Shown: positions 9,933 through 21,212, counted from the first letter of the stretch. The stretch is 64,000 nucleotides of DNA from Myxococcota bacterium (GCA_036012755.1 DASCPX010000107.1:23828-87827), one strand, 5' to 3'. Numbers and translations: made by a program. The notes: generated by a model not told the origin, from the sequence alone.

Positions 9933-10904
9933 ATGAAGCCCGACGCATACAAGGAAGCTGGGGTGGACATCGACGCCGGCGAGGCCGTTGTCGAGGGGAT
10001 CCGCGAGGCCGTGCGCAGCACTGGCAGGCCAGAGGTGCTCGGGGGCATCGGCGGCTTCGGCGGGCTCTTCGCCCTGGGCAAGTACCGCGAGCCGGTGCTG
10101 GTGAGCGGGACCGACGGGGTCGGGACCAAGCTGCTGGTCGCTCAGCGCCTCGGGCGACACGGGAGCATCGGCGTCGACCTGGTCGCCATGTGCGTCAACG
10201 ACATCGCGGTCGTCGGTGCCGAGCCGCTGTTCTTCCTCGACTACTTCGCCACGGGAAAGCTCGCGCCCGATGTCGCCGTCGAGGTCGTCGAGGGCATCGC
10301 CGAGGGCTGTCGCCAGGCTGGCTGCGCGCTCATCGGCGGCGAGACCGCAGAGATGCCGGGCATGTACGGGCCCGGACACTACGACCTCGCCGGCTTCGCC
10401 GTGGGCGTCGTCGAGCGCGACGAGCTCCTCGACGGCTCGGACATCCAGGCCGGGGACGTGCTCGTGGGCTTGCCCAGCTCCGGGCTGCACAGCAATGGCT
10501 ACTCGCTGGTCCGGCGGATCGTCGAGGACCTCGACTGGGAGTCCGAGTACGAGCTCGGCCGCCCCCTCGGGGAGGTGCTGCTCGAGCCGACGCGGATCTA
10601 CGTGCGCGAGGTCCTCGCGGCCCGGGATGCCAAGGGCTTCGTCCACGTCACTGGCGGCGGCTTCTACGAGAACCTGCCGCGGGTCTTGCCCGAGGGCCTG
10701 GGCTGCTCCGTCGAGGTGGGGTCGTGGTCCGTGCCGCCGATCTTCGATCTCCTCGCCAGCCACGGCGGGCTGAGCACACGCGAGCTCTACCGCACCTTCA
10801 ACATGGGCATCGGCATGGTCGCGGTGATGCCCCCGGGAGAGACCCTCGACGGGGGCGTGGTCATCGGCGAGGTCGTCGCCGGTGAGGGCGTGGTCCTGCG
10901 ATGA
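9933..10904 (+). CDS. purM: Phosphoribosylformylglycinamidine cyclo-ligase
   Basis: [37 protein letters not shown] and TFNMGIGM motifs. Confidence 0.98.
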   Translation: MKPDAYKEAGVDIDAGEAVVEGIREAVRSTGRPEVLGGIGGFGGLFALGKYREPVLVSGTDGVGTKLLVAQRLGRHGSIGVDLVAMCVNDIAVVGAEPLFFLDYFATGKLAPDVAVEVVEGIAEGCRQAGCALIGGETAEMPGMYGPGHYDLAGFAVGVVERDELLDGSDIQAGDVLVGLPSSGLHSNGYSLVRRIVEDLDWESEYELGRPLGEVLLEPTRIYVREVLAARDAKGFVHVTGGGFYENLPRVLPEGLGCSVEVGSWSVPPIFDLLASHGGLSTRELYRTFNMGIGMVAVMPPGETLDGGVVIGEVVAGEGVVLR

Positions 10905-11530
10905 GCGTCGTCGGGGTCCTGCTCTCCGGCGGCGGGACGAACCTCCAGGCCCTCATCGACGCGACGAAGAGCGAGGACTTCCCTGGCCGGATCGGGGTCG
11001 TCATCTCGAACCGACCAAAGGCCCATGGGCTGGAGCGTGCCAGGGTCGCGGGCATCCCCGCGGTCCACATCGGCCACCGCAAGTACCCCTCTCGCGAGGC
11101 CTTCGAAGAGGCCCTGACCGACTGCCTGCGTGCCCACGACGTCGAGTGGGTGGCCTGCGCCGGCTTCATGCGCATCCTCACGCCGACCTTCCTGGCCGCC
11201 TGGCCGGACCGGGTCCTGAACATCCACCCGGCGCTCTTGCCCGCCTTCCCCGGCGTCGACGCCCAGGGCCAGGCCCACGCTCGGGGCGTGCGAGTCGCCG
11301 GAGCCACCGTGCACTTCCTCGACCCCGGCACCGACACTGGCCCGATCGTCGCCCAGGCCGCGGTCCCGGTGCTGCCCGACGACGACCGCGATGCCCTGCA
11401 AGGGCGCATCCTCGAAAAGGAGCACGTCCTGTACCCGATGTGCCTGCGCATGGCGGTCGAGGGTCGCCTGCGCGTCGTCGGAGGCCGCGTCGAGGTCGAC
11501 CTGCGAGACGGAGAGAGCCTGCTGCTGTGA
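10901..11530 (+). CDS. purN: Phosphoribosylglycinamide formyltransferase
   Basis: [34 protein letters not shown] and DTGPI motifs; ATGA-coupled to purM. Confidence 0.98.
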   Translation: MSVVGVLLSGGGTNLQALIDATKSEDFPGRIGVVISNRPKAHGLERARVAGIPAVHIGHRKYPSREAFEEALTDCLRAHDVEWVACAGFMRILTPTFLAAWPDRVLNIHPALLPAFPGVDAQGQAHARGVRVAGATVHFLDPGTDTGPIVAQAAVPVLPDDDRDALQGRILEKEHVLYPMCLRMAVEGRLRVVGGRVEVDLRDGESLLL

Positions 11531-11611
11531 GCCCGTAGGGGCTCTGCGGTGCCGGAGCCCGACGCCTGGTAGCTCCCGTCGCACCAACACGGCGCGCCGT
11601 CTCAGGGCGGG

Positions 11612-12112
11612 CTACTCGCCTCCGCCGTCGTCTCCGGTCTCTGTCGGGGTCCAGCCCGTAGCGACGCCGATGTTGCTGGGCTCGGCCTCCGAGTCCGTGA
11701 TGCGCACGGCGAAGTCCATCTCCGTGTCGTAGGGGATGGAGCCGCCGACCTGCAGGTAGAGGCCGAGGTTCTCTGCGGTCTCGTTGCAGGCGGCGCTGTC
11801 TTGCCGAGGGGTCCAGGTCTTGTCTCCGGCGGCTGTGCCGCTGGTGTCGACCGCGCCGTCGGGGGTCTCGTCCCACCAGATCTCCATGGTCACGACGTCG
11901 AGGTTGCCGTCGGCGTCCTCTGTGTCGGCCCAGATCAGGATCGTGGGGTAGGGCGTGCCCTCGAAGTCCTGGACTCCGCCGTTCTCGAGCGCGACCTCGT
12001 TGATCACGGGGTCGTTGCCGAAGCACTCCAGGGTCGAGTCGTCGCCGCCCAGGGGCGGGACGTTGCTGTCGCCGGCCGGCTTGTCGCAGGAAAGGAAAAG
12101 GAGCAGTGACAT
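11612..12112 (-). CDS. Hypothetical acidic lipoprotein (beta-rich)
   Basis: GGAGG RBS; MSLLLFLSC lipobox; GC3-rich codon usage. Confidence 0.7.
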   Translation of the reverse strand: MSLLLFLSCDKPAGDSNVPPLGGDDSTLECFGNDPVINEVALENGGVQDFEGTPYPTILIWADTEDADGNLDVVTMEIWWDETPDGAVDTSGTAAGDKTWTPRQDSAACNETAENLGLYLQVGGSIPYDTEMDFAVRITDSEAEPSNIGVATGWTPTETGDDGGGE

Positions 12113-12159
12113 CGAAGTCCTCCGAGCCCAGAAAGCTATCACCGGCGTTAGTGGCCGGC

Positions 12160-12951
12160 ATGGCCGACCGCCCCGGCACCCTCACCCGCGTCTACCGTTA
12201 CCTCCGAGGTCAGCTCGGCAGCGTGCGCCGTGTGTACGTGAAGGGCAACGGCATCGTGCGACGGGGAGACCTCGGGAACAGGCCCCAGACCGTGCTGATG
12301 TTGCACGGCTTCATGCAGACCAGGGCCGTCTGGCAGGTCATGGAGGATCGGCTCCGCTACGATGGCTACGGCGTCTTCAGCTTCGACCTCGGTGGCCTCT
12401 TCTACCGCTTCAACACGGAGTCCATCGACACGCTCGGCGAGCGGGTCGCCGAGAAGATCGAGGGCATCTGCCAGCGCTACGACCTGTCGGGCTTCCACGT
12501 CATCGGCCACAGCAAGGGCGGCATCATCGCCCGGCACTACGTGCAGAACCACGGCGGTGATCGGCGGGTGCGGAGCCTCATCACCCTCGGCTCGCCCCAC
12601 CACGGCACGCCCACGGCCCTGCTCGGCGTCGCGATGTTCGGTGGCGGGCTGATCTCCAAGAGCCCCTGGGAGATGCTGCCCAAGAGCCGCCTCATCAGCG
12701 ACCTCGCCCAGGACACCTTCCCTTCACACATCCCCCTGGTCAGCGTCTACTCGAAGGCCGACCTGGTCTGCCCCTACTGGTGCAGCGTCCTGCGACCGCG
12801 CCAGGGGGAGACCTCGATGAAGAACATCGAGATCGAGGGGCTCGGTCACACCCAGCTCTGCCACGCCCCGAAGGTCTACCTGGCGGTGCGCAAGGAGCTC
12901 GACGCCGCCTCGCAGGTCTGGCGAGAGCGCCAGAGCGTCCAGCTAGTCTGA
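12160..12951 (+). CDS. Alpha/beta hydrolase (lipase/esterase)
   Basis: LHGF oxyanion motif, GHSKGG nucleophile elbow, LGSPHHGT, GLGH. Confidence 0.88.
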   Translation: MADRPGTLTRVYRYLRGQLGSVRRVYVKGNGIVRRGDLGNRPQTVLMLHGFMQTRAVWQVMEDRLRYDGYGVFSFDLGGLFYRFNTESIDTLGERVAEKIEGICQRYDLSGFHVIGHSKGGIIARHYVQNHGGDRRVRSLITLGSPHHGTPTALLGVAMFGGGLISKSPWEMLPKSRLISDLAQDTFPSHIPLVSVYSKADLVCPYWCSVLRPRQGETSMKNIEIEGLGHTQLCHAPKVYLAVRKELDAASQVWRERQSVQLV

Positions 12952-14613
12952 GGGAGCCTCTGGCGGGGTGACCGTGCCGCTCTCGTCGATCGAGAGGCAG
13001 CAGCGGAAGGTGAGGGTGCTCTCCGCGTAGTCGGCGTCCTCGTCAACGCTGAACGCACAGCGGGCCCCGCGCTCGGGGTTGCCGCGCTGACCACCCTTCA
13101 CGATCTTGCGGTTCGGCCGTCCCGAGGGCGAGCTGTCGCTCCACTCCCGGAAGCCGCCGCTCATGTCGAAGACGCCATAGCCGCTGACGCAGTCGCCGCG
13201 GCTGCCCAGCTTGTAGGGTTCGTCCATGGCGCTGCCGCACATGGTGCCGTCCCAGGTGTCGCCGTAGGTGTAGATGTAATTCCCGGGCCCCTTGCAGGCC
13301 TTCTCCCACTCCAGCGCCGTGCAGAGGCGCTTGTGGACCTTCGCGCAGGCCTCCTCGGCCTCGGTGTATGAGACCTTGCCCGCTGGCAGCTGCTCTGGGC
13401 GGTTGGGGAACTCGTAGCGATCGATGTAGAAGTCCGAGACCTTCGAGACCTTGCGGAGGGGCTCGCTCGGCGAGGCCATCGTGCCGTCCTCGCTGGCGAG
13501 TCGCCCCTGGACGAAGGTCCCGCCCGGGATCCACACCATGTCCGGCTGCGCCTTGATCATCGTCTGGACGATGGCGTCGCTCGGCAGCGGGTTGTCGGAC
13601 AAGAGCTGCTTGCGGACGAGCTCGTCCTCTTCGGTCTTCGAGAGGTTGGGGTCCGAGGGCTCGCGGCTCCCGATGTAGAGGCCGGCGAGAGAGACCACCG
13701 CGATGCCGATGCCGATGCCGATGAGGATGTTCTTCAGCGAGGTCTTCTTCGGCCCGCCCTGCATCTCCAGGTTGAAGGAGCGCTGGATGTCGAAGACCAT
13801 GTCCTTCGCGGTCGGATAGCGGTCGCCCTGGTCCGGCGACAGCCCCAGCTCGACGAGGTGGTCGACGTGATCTGGGAGGTCCTCGCGGATCTGGGTGGGG
13901 GAGAGGAAGGTCCCGCGGGGGACCTGGCCGCAGAGCAGCTCGTAGAGCACGACGCCCACGGAGTAGATGTCGGCCTGGGGCGTGCCATCGCTGCCGAAGC
14001 CGGAGAGCTCGGGCGCGAGGTAGGGCGAGTCCATGTGGGAGCTGTAGCGATCGCCGATGGCCTCTGGATCGAACATGTCGACCATGCCGAGATCGCTGAG
14101 CTTCACGGTGCGCACGACCTTCGAACCGCCAGGTCCCGAGCGCTGGGTGTGGACCAGGATGTTCTCGGGCTTCAGGTTGCGATGGATGAGCCCTTCGTCG
14201 TGGCCGACCTGCAGGGACTCCAGCACCTTGATGACGATCTGGCAGGCGTCCTGCAGCGTGAAGGCCTGGTCGCTGCCGAGGTACTCGTCGATCACCTGTC
14301 GCAGCGACTGGGACTTGAAGTACTCCTGGACGAGGTAGGTGAGGCCGTTGTGCTCGTTGATCTCGCCGTAGCGGACCAGGCCGGCGTGGCGGATTCGCTT
14401 GGCGGCCGCGAAGGACTTCTTCAGGCGCTCGTTGGCGCCCGCGCTGTCCATTAGGTGCGGCTGGACGAACTTCAGCGCCACGTGCTTGCCGCTGGCGATG
14501 TGCCGGGCGAGGTAGGTCTTGCCGAAGACCCCGTCCCCCAGGTGGTTCTCGATCTCGTACTTGCGGGAGACGACGTCCCCGCGCGCGAATGTCAGCCTCG
14601 AATCGTCAGCCAA
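12943..14613 (-). CDS. Membrane Ser/Thr (pseudo)kinase with C-terminal FGE-sulfatase (SUMF1-like) domain
   Basis: LGDGVFG, VALK, HRNLKPEN, DLG and YLAPE; one TM helix; FYIDRYE, KRLCTALEWEKAC, GVFDMSGGFREW and FRCC. TTG start after GGAG. Confidence 0.85.
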   Translation of the reverse strand: MADDSRLTFARGDVVSRKYEIENHLGDGVFGKTYLARHIASGKHVALKFVQPHLMDSAGANERLKKSFAAAKRIRHAGLVRYGEINEHNGLTYLVQEYFKSQSLRQVIDEYLGSDQAFTLQDACQIVIKVLESLQVGHDEGLIHRNLKPENILVHTQRSGPGGSKVVRTVKLSDLGMVDMFDPEAIGDRYSSHMDSPYLAPELSGFGSDGTPQADIYSVGVVLYELLCGQVPRGTFLSPTQIREDLPDHVDHLVELGLSPDQGDRYPTAKDMVFDIQRSFNLEMQGGPKKTSLKNILIGIGIGIAVVSLAGLYIGSREPSDPNLSKTEEDELVRKQLLSDNPLPSDAIVQTMIKAQPDMVWIPGGTFVQGRLASEDGTMASPSEPLRKVSKVSDFYIDRYEFPNRPEQLPAGKVSYTEAEEACAKVHKRLCTALEWEKACKGPGNYIYTYGDTWDGTMCGSAMDEPYKLGSRGDCVSGYGVFDMSGGFREWSDSSPSGRPNRKIVKGGQRGNPERGARCAFSVDEDADYAESTLTFRCCLSIDESGTVTPPEAPSD

Positions 14614-14702
14614 ACCTGCTACTCCAGGGGGTCCTCGGGCGGGTGCCGAGCGAGCTTTCAACGATGCGAAGGTAGCACAGCGGAGTCCCCGGGAATCGGC
14701 GG

Positions 14703-16403
14703 TCAGCCGGTGAAGAAGCGCAACAGCGCGCTCGCACGCCGCCTCCACCACTCTGGTCTGAGCTGATCACCGAAGAGCGTCACCGTGACCAGACCCGCCC
14801 ACATGCCGACCGCGACGATCAACACCAGCCACCCGAAGATGAACAGCAGCGGGACGTCGCCGGGCATCGGGTTCCAGGTCGTGATCAGCAGCGTGCCCGA
14901 CACCAACAGCGCCATGGCGCACAGGGCGAGGGAGACCCGGAGCGCAGCGAGGCGGATCTCGACCCGAAGCTCCGCTGACTCGGGGTCCCGGGTGACGACG
15001 CGCAGCTGACCGCGCTCGAGGTCCAACAACAGCTGGTTGAGCTGGGTCGGGAGCTGCTTGAAGCCCCCCTGGGCCTGGATCAGGAGGCGCATCAGGTCGG
15101 CGCTGACCCGCTCGGGGTCGAGGCGCTGGGTCATCATCCGCTTGGCGTGGGGCCGGATCAGCTCGACGGGATCCGACTCCGGCGCGCGCTGCCGCAGGAT
15201 GCCGTCCACGATCGAGCAGGCGCGGACGAGCAGGGCGTACTCCGGAACGAGCTTGATCTGGTACTTCGAGGCCACCTGGATGAACTCCACGAGGCTGGCC
15301 TGGGTGGAGAGGTCCGCGAGGGAGGCCCCGTGGTACTTCTGCATCAGCCGCGCGATCTCGCCTCGGAACTGCTTGAGGTCCACGCGTCCCTCGATGCCAC
15401 CCGAGTGGTAGATGCTCAAGCTCAAGGTCTCGGCGTCCTGGAAGACCAGCGAGACCACGCAGGTGACGAGCACGTGGCGCATCTCGGCGGTCAGCGAGCC
15501 ACACATGCCGAAGTCGAGGAAGGCGAGGCGACCGTCCTCTGTCACCAGGAGGTTCCCCGGGTGGGGGTCCGCGTGGAAGAAGCCGTGGTCGAAGATCTGG
15601 GCGACCGTGGCGTCGACGAGTCGGTGCAGCGTGGGGCGGAGGCGGCCGTCGTCGTCGCCCACGGCGCTCAGCGGGGTGCCGACGATCCGCTCCATCACCA
15701 GGACACGGCTCGAGGACCAGCGCCCGTGGATCGCGGGCACGACGATCCACTCGTCGTCCTCGAAGCACTCGGCGAAGCGGACGGCGTTGCGGCCCTCCTG
15801 GAGGAAGTCGAGCTCCTCGTGGATGGCTCGCTCGAGCTCGCGCACGATGGCGACCGGGGTGTAGACGCCGGGCAGGCTGATCCGGCCCTCGATCAAGGTC
15901 GCCATGGTGTGGAGGATGTGGAGATCGGAGCGGATCGTGGCCGGGATGCCGGGACGCTGGATCTTCACCGCCACCTCTCGCCCGTCCCGGAGCTCCGCGA
16001 AGTGCACCTGGGCGATGGAAGCCGAGGCGACCGCCTCCGTCTCGAACTCGCCGAAGGTCTCGTCGAGGACGTCTGCGCCGAGCTCGTCGACGAGGACCTC
16101 GCGGGCCTGCTCCCAGCTCACTGGAGGGACCTCGTCCTGGAGCTTCTGGAGCTCCATGATCAAGGCCGGGGGCACCATGTCCGGGCGCACGGAGAGGATC
16201 TGGCCGAGCTTCACGAAGGTGGGGCCCAGATCGATGAGGACCCCGCGGATCCGGCTGGCCCACGGCTCGGTGGTCTCGCCGACCTCGACGTCGGTGTACT
16301 GCTCCCAGCCCGCGGCGCTGAGGAAGCCACCGAAGCCGTGATTGGCGAGCACCCCCGCGATCTCGCGGACGCGGCCAAGGTCGCTGACGTCGATGTGAGC
16401 CAT
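14703..16403 (-). CDS. AarF/UbiB (ABC1) atypical kinase
   Basis: LGPTFVKLGQILSVRPD, ASASIAQVH, VAVKIQRP, FFHADPHPGN and LDFGM motifs; two C-terminal TM helices. Confidence 0.93.
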   Translation of the reverse strand: MAHIDVSDLGRVREIAGVLANHGFGGFLSAAGWEQYTDVEVGETTEPWASRIRGVLIDLGPTFVKLGQILSVRPDMVPPALIMELQKLQDEVPPVSWEQAREVLVDELGADVLDETFGEFETEAVASASIAQVHFAELRDGREVAVKIQRPGIPATIRSDLHILHTMATLIEGRISLPGVYTPVAIVRELERAIHEELDFLQEGRNAVRFAECFEDDEWIVVPAIHGRWSSSRVLVMERIVGTPLSAVGDDDGRLRPTLHRLVDATVAQIFDHGFFHADPHPGNLLVTEDGRLAFLDFGMCGSLTAEMRHVLVTCVVSLVFQDAETLSLSIYHSGGIEGRVDLKQFRGEIARLMQKYHGASLADLSTQASLVEFIQVASKYQIKLVPEYALLVRACSIVDGILRQRAPESDPVELIRPHAKRMMTQRLDPERVSADLMRLLIQAQGGFKQLPTQLNQLLLDLERGQLRVVTRDPESAELRVEIRLAALRVSLALCAMALLVSGTLLITTWNPMPGDVPLLFIFGWLVLIVAVGMWAGLVTVTLFGDQLRPEWWRRRASALLRFFTG

Positions 16404-16432
16404 GGAGGCGGAGCATAGCCCCGCACGGAGCG

Positions 16433-17926
16433 TCAGTAGGCGCGGGCGAAGATCGCGATGCGGTTCGCGGGCTTGCCGCTGTAGAAGCAGCTTCGGCCCT
16501 CGATGTCCTGCTCGCCGATGGGGAAGCAGCGGAGGCTGGCCTTCGTCTCGGCCTTGATCGTGGCCTCTGCTTCTGCGTCGTCGAACCAGGGCACGAGGTA
16601 CCACCCACCGCGCTCGGCCAGCTTCGTCTTGAAGTCGTCGTAGGAGCTGACCTCGTGGGTGTTGTCATCGCGGAAGCGGCGGGCGCTCTCGAGGAGCTCC
16701 GCTTGCATGTTCTCGAGCACGGAGGTGACCGCTTCGGCGCAGCCCTCCAGGGGGATGCCGAAGCGGTCGCCGCCCGTGCGCTTCTTGCAGAAGGCGGCGC
16801 CCTTGGCGACGTCGCGAGGCCCTACCTCCATGCGGAGGCAGACACCCTTGCGCTCCCACTCGTAGTACTTGGCGCCTGGCTTCATGTTCTCGCGGGCATC
16901 GACGTGGACGCGGACGCCGGAAGCGGCGAGGGCCGCCTGGATCGACCGCGCGAAGTCGAGGACCGCGTCTCTGTCCCGGTCCTTGCGCCAGATCGCGACC
17001 ACGACGACCTGGATTGGCGCGATCCTGGGGGGCAGGACCAGGCCGATGTCGTCCGAGTGGGTCATGATCAGGGCCCCCACCAGGCGGGTGCTGACACCCC
17101 AGGAGGTGGCCCAGACGAGCTCGCGCTCGCCCCGGCTGTTCTGGAAGGTGACGTCGAAGGCGCGGGCGAAGTTCTGGCCGAGGAAGTGGGACGTCCCAGC
17201 CTGCAGAGCCCAGCGGTTCTGCATCATCGCTTCGATCGTGTAGGTGTCCTCTGCGCCGGCGAAGCGCTCGGTCTCGGACTTCAGCCCGGGCACGACGGGG
17301 ATCGCCAGGGTCTCGTGGGCGAAGTCGGTGTAGACCTGCAGCATCTGCTCGGTCTCGGCGACGGCCTCGTCTCGGGTCGCGTGGGCCGTGTGGCCCTCCT
17401 GCCAGAGGAACTCGGCGGTGCGCAGGAAGGGGCGGGTCTTGAGCTCCCAGCGGACGACGTTGGCCCACTGGTTGATGAGCAGGGGCAGGTCGCGCCAGCT
17501 GTCGATCCACTTGCCGTACATGTGCCAGATGATGGTCTCGCTGGTGGGGCGGACGATCAGGGGCTCCTCCAGCTTCGCGGCCGGGTCGGGCTCGCAGCGG
17601 ACCTTGCCGTCGGCGTCTGTGACGGCGCGCAGGCGGTGGTGCGTGATGACCGCGCACTCCTTGGCGAAGCCCTCGACGTGCTGGGCCTCGCGGGAGAGGA
17701 ACTCCTGGGGGATGAACAGCGGGAAGTAGGCGTTGACGTGGCCGGTGGCCTTGAAGCGCGCGTCGAGATCGACCTTGATGTTCTCCCAGATCGCGAAGCC
17801 GTGGGGACGCAGCACCATGCAGCCCTTCACGGGGCCGTAGTCGGCCAGCTGGGCTTCGCGGATGACGTCGAGGTACCAGGCGCTGTAGTCCTCTGCGCGG
17901 GGCTTGATGGTGTTCTCCTGGGCCAT
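16433..17926 (-). CDS. proS: Proline--tRNA ligase (archaeal/eukaryotic type)
   Basis: VRPTSETII, NQWANVVRWE, FLRTAEFLWQEGHT, ALQAGTSHFLGQNF and SWGVSTR motifs; ends FARAY. Confidence 0.97.
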   Translation of the reverse strand: MAQENTIKPRAEDYSAWYLDVIREAQLADYGPVKGCMVLRPHGFAIWENIKVDLDARFKATGHVNAYFPLFIPQEFLSREAQHVEGFAKECAVITHHRLRAVTDADGKVRCEPDPAAKLEEPLIVRPTSETIIWHMYGKWIDSWRDLPLLINQWANVVRWELKTRPFLRTAEFLWQEGHTAHATRDEAVAETEQMLQVYTDFAHETLAIPVVPGLKSETERFAGAEDTYTIEAMMQNRWALQAGTSHFLGQNFARAFDVTFQNSRGERELVWATSWGVSTRLVGALIMTHSDDIGLVLPPRIAPIQVVVVAIWRKDRDRDAVLDFARSIQAALAASGVRVHVDARENMKPGAKYYEWERKGVCLRMEVGPRDVAKGAAFCKKRTGGDRFGIPLEGCAEAVTSVLENMQAELLESARRFRDDNTHEVSSYDDFKTKLAERGGWYLVPWFDDAEAEATIKAETKASLRCFPIGEQDIEGRSCFYSGKPANRIAIFARAY

Positions 17927-18024
17927 CCGGGCTTCCTTGCGGCGGGGTGGGCGTTTAACGCGAATGCCACTCTGCGCACCGTTGTCGACGAGTTAAGCCC
18001 GCGCGCCCGGGAGTAGAGGTCACC

Positions 18025-19974
18025 TTGGACATCGCGCGGAAGACGGTCAACACGATCAAGGGTCTGTCGATCGACGCGATCCAGCAGGCCAACAGCGGGC
18101 ATCCGGGCATGCCGATGGGCATGGCGGACGCCGCATACGTGCTGTGGTCCCGCTTCCTGAAGCACGACCCCTCCAATCCCACCTGGGCCGACCGGGATCG
18201 CTTCGTGCTCTCCGGTGGCCACGGGAGCATGCTGCTCTACAGCCTGCTCCACCTCTTCGACTACCGCGGCCCAGCGGGCGGCGAGGCCGTCTCACTGAAC
18301 GATATCAAGAACTTCCGCCAGTTCGGCTCGCGCACGCCCGGCCACCCGGAGCACGGTCACACGGCCGGGGTCGAGACGACCACCGGCCCCCTCGGGCAGG
18401 GCTTCGCGATGGGCGTCGGCATGGCGCTGGCGGAGCGCTACCTGCGCGAACGCTTCGGCAGCGAGCTCTGTGACCACCACGTCTACGCCATCGCCGGGGA
18501 CGGTGACCTGATGGAGGGCGTCGCCTCAGAGGCCGCGTCCCTGGCCGGCACGCTCCAGCTGGGTCGGCTCGTCTACCTCTACGACGACAACAGCATCACC
18601 ATCGACGGCAGCACGGAGATCTCCTTCACAGAGGACTGCGGCGCGCGCTTCGAGGCATACGGCTGGCACGTCCAGGCCATCGATGGCCACGACCACGACG
18701 CGGTCGCGACCGCCATCGAGCTGGCGAGGGCCGATGGGCGTCCCTCCCTGATCTGCTGCAAGACCCACATCGGGCACGGCTCCCCGAACAAGCAGGACAG
18801 CGAGAAGTCGCACGGGGCCCCGCTCGGTGTCGGCGAGGTCGCCTTGACCAAGGAGAACATCGGCCTCGATCCGACCGAGTTCTTCGCCGTGCCGGCAGAG
18901 GTCCTCCACCACTGCCGCGAGCATGCCGTCGAGCGGGCTGATCTCCGCCTCGCGTGGGGGCAGCGTCTCGAGGCTTCGGGCCGGCGAGCTCACTGGGAGG
19001 CCTGGCACGAGGCCCCGGACGTCGACGGGATTCGGTGGCCCAGCTTCACGGTCGGAGAGAAGCTGGCGACGCGAAAGGCCTCCCACGCGGCGCTCAACGC
19101 GGCGGCCCAGAGCGTGCCGCAGCTGTTGGGCGGCTCGGCGGATCTCGCCGGGTCGAACGGTTCGCTGATCAAGGGCGCTGTCGGTATCGCGGCCTCGGAC
19201 TTCTCCGGACGCAACCTCTTCTTCGGCGTTCGCGAGCACGCCATGGCGGCGATCTGCAACGGCATGGCGCTGCATGGCGGCGTGCGCCCCTACTGCGCGA
19301 CCTTCCTCGTCTTCCACGACTACATGCGCCCGGCGGTGCGCATGTCGGCCTTGATGAAGCAGCCGGTGGTCTACGTCTACACCCACGACAGCATCTACCT
19401 GGGCGAGGACGGCCCGACCCACCAGCCGGTGGAGCACCTCATGGCGATGCGGCTCATTCCGGGCCTCTGGACCATCCGTCCGGCGGACGCCAAGGAGACC
19501 GCCGGGGCCTGGGCTGCGGCCCTCGGGCGCCACGACGGGCCGGTCGCCCTCTCCCTCACGAGGCAGGGCGTGCCGATCCTGGAGGGGAGCTCCGCGGACA
19601 AAGTCGCCTCTGGGGCCTATGTGCTCGCCGAGGCGGGAGCCGAGCACGCCGTGACGCTCCTGGCCACGGGCTCCGAGGTCGAGCTCGCGCTGCAAGCCAA
19701 GGCTGCGCTGGAGGCAATGGGCGTCGGGACACGCGTCGTCAGCTTTCCCTGCTGGGAGCTCTTCGAGCAGCAGGACCCGGACTACCGCGCCGCGGTCCTG
19801 GGCACCGCTCCGCGGGTCTCGATCGAGGCCGGACGCACCTTCGGGTGGTCACGGTACGCGCAGGCCCACGTCGGTCACGATGACTTTGGCGCCTCGGCGC
19901 CCGCCTCCGACCTGGCCAGGGTCTTTGGCTTCACGGTCGACAACGTCGTGAAGACAGCGCGTACCCTGCTGTAG
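18025..19974 (+). CDS. tkt: Transketolase
   Basis: [43 protein letters not shown] and [16 protein letters not shown] motifs. Confidence 0.98.
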   Translation: MDIARKTVNTIKGLSIDAIQQANSGHPGMPMGMADAAYVLWSRFLKHDPSNPTWADRDRFVLSGGHGSMLLYSLLHLFDYRGPAGGEAVSLNDIKNFRQFGSRTPGHPEHGHTAGVETTTGPLGQGFAMGVGMALAERYLRERFGSELCDHHVYAIAGDGDLMEGVASEAASLAGTLQLGRLVYLYDDNSITIDGSTEISFTEDCGARFEAYGWHVQAIDGHDHDAVATAIELARADGRPSLICCKTHIGHGSPNKQDSEKSHGAPLGVGEVALTKENIGLDPTEFFAVPAEVLHHCREHAVERADLRLAWGQRLEASGRRAHWEAWHEAPDVDGIRWPSFTVGEKLATRKASHAALNAAAQSVPQLLGGSADLAGSNGSLIKGAVGIAASDFSGRNLFFGVREHAMAAICNGMALHGGVRPYCATFLVFHDYMRPAVRMSALMKQPVVYVYTHDSIYLGEDGPTHQPVEHLMAMRLIPGLWTIRPADAKETAGAWAAALGRHDGPVALSLTRQGVPILEGSSADKVASGAYVLAEAGAEHAVTLLATGSEVELALQAKAALEAMGVGTRVVSFPCWELFEQQDPDYRAAVLGTAPRVSIEAGRTFGWSRYAQAHVGHDDFGASAPASDLARVFGFTVDNVVKTARTLL

Positions 19975-19992
19975 GTCGTCGTAGAAGGGTCC

Positions 19993-20574
19993 ATGCCCAA
20001 ACAGCGCGAGATCGACATAGAGCTCGCGGGGGTCTCACCAACCGAGGCCGCCACCCGGATGAAGGCGGAGACGAAGGCGGCGCTCATGCCCTCCTTTTCC
20101 AGCCCGCTGCGCGGCCGTGGGGAGGAGTCCCTCGCCGGTCGGGTCGACGAGGAGGGCTTCGTCGTCTCTCCAAACGAGTTCGCCACCAAGAAGATCGTGG
20201 TCACCGCGCGGGGGAGCTTCGAGGCGACGGAGACCGGGACGCGGGTGACGGGCGTGGTCGGCATCCCCCCGGCCATCGTCTGGCTGCTGCGGTTGTCCTG
20301 GATCGCAAGCCTCGGGGCCGTCGGCGTCGCGGGCTACGAGCTGCTCACCGCCGGCGAGAGCGCGATCTTCGCCGCCTTCCTCGCCGGCTTCGTCGTGCTC
20401 GCGACCATGGCGACGGGCTGGAACGTGCACACGGCGGAGGCGGGCATCCCCAAGTTGGCCGCGGACGTCGACAACGCCCTCCTCGGGCGGGGGCGCGAGC
20501 CGACGGAGACGATGGAGGTCGACGTCGGCCTCGACGAGCGCAAGCGAAGGCAGGCCCGGAGACAGCGGGACTGA
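19993..20574 (+). CDS. Hypothetical membrane protein (two TM helices)
   Basis: Coding-like codon bias; two hydrophobic segments. Confidence 0.65.
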   Translation: MPKQREIDIELAGVSPTEAATRMKAETKAALMPSFSSPLRGRGEESLAGRVDEEGFVVSPNEFATKKIVVTARGSFEATETGTRVTGVVGIPPAIVWLLRLSWIASLGAVGVAGYELLTAGESAIFAAFLAGFVVLATMATGWNVHTAEAGIPKLAADVDNALLGRGREPTETMEVDVGLDERKRRQARRQRD

Positions 20575-20597
20575 GAGCTCCGCTGACTCGCTTGTCC

Positions 20598-21212
20598 TCA
20601 GTCGGTCATCAGCACCGCGCGCACCGGAGAGGCGTCCGCGCCGACGACCTTCAGCGGGAGGGCGATCAGCGTGTAGAGGCCAGGCTGGACTTCATCCAGC
20701 ACCAGCCCCTCCAAGATGGCCAGATCGTTCGCGAAGGCAGCCTTGTGGCTTTCAAGTCCGACCGAGCGGAAGGGGTCGACCGAGGGGGTGTCGATGCCGA
20801 CGAGCACGACCCCCTGGAGGGCGAGGTCGTCGATGAGCTCTGGGGACAAGGCGGCGAAGTCCTCGTCGAAGGCGTCGGGGTCCGGGGAGCTCCCGGTCTT
20901 GAAGAGCACCCGAGGTGCGCGAACGGCTCCGACGGGAGGGACACGACCACCGGCGGCGACCATCACCTCCACGACCTCGCAGGGGCCGTAGTACAGCGCG
21001 AGGTCCCGCTGGTCGATGCTGGCACCGTCCCGATGGAGGTGGCTGGGGGCGTCCGCGTGTGCGCCCGCGTGAAGGGTCGTCCGCACGCTGGAGGCCTCGA
21101 CGCCGGCGTCGTCGAACGAGCAGGTGAGCTCGCGAGAGAAGGCGACGTCGCCGGGCCACACGGCGATGCCGGCGTGCAGGGGGGGGGAGATGTCGATGAA
21201 CGATGCGCCCAT
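20598..21212 (-). CDS. kynB: Cyclase-family metallohydrolase (kynurenine formamidase-like)
   Basis: VWPGD, HAGAHADAPSH (HxGxHxDxPxH), GIDTPSVD, ILEGL and ADASPVRAVL motifs. Confidence 0.82.
   Translation of the reverse strand: MGASFIDISPPLHAGIAVWPGDVAFSRELTCSFDDAGVEASSVRTTLHAGAHADAPSHLHRDGASIDQRDLALYYGPCEVVEVMVAAGGRVPPVGAVRAPRVLFKTGSSPDPDAFDEDFAALSPELIDDLALQGVVLVGIDTPSVDPFRSVGLESHKAAFANDLAILEGLVLDEVQPGLYTLIALPLKVVGADASPVRAVLMTD

Noticed and set aside
11531..11616. GC-rich gap after purN containing GTAG tetramers (possible REP or ncRNA)
   Set aside because: No clean palindrome, no repeat copy elsewhere in the window, and no tRNA or riboswitch signature recognised.
12943..13560. FGE-sulfatase (C-type lectin fold) domain as a diversity-generating retroelement target
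   Set aside because: No reverse transcriptase and no template/variable repeat pair seen in the window.
16433..17926. Archaeal/eukaryotic-type ProRS as a sign of recent transfer
   Set aside because: This type is widespread in bacteria and its codon usage matches the host.
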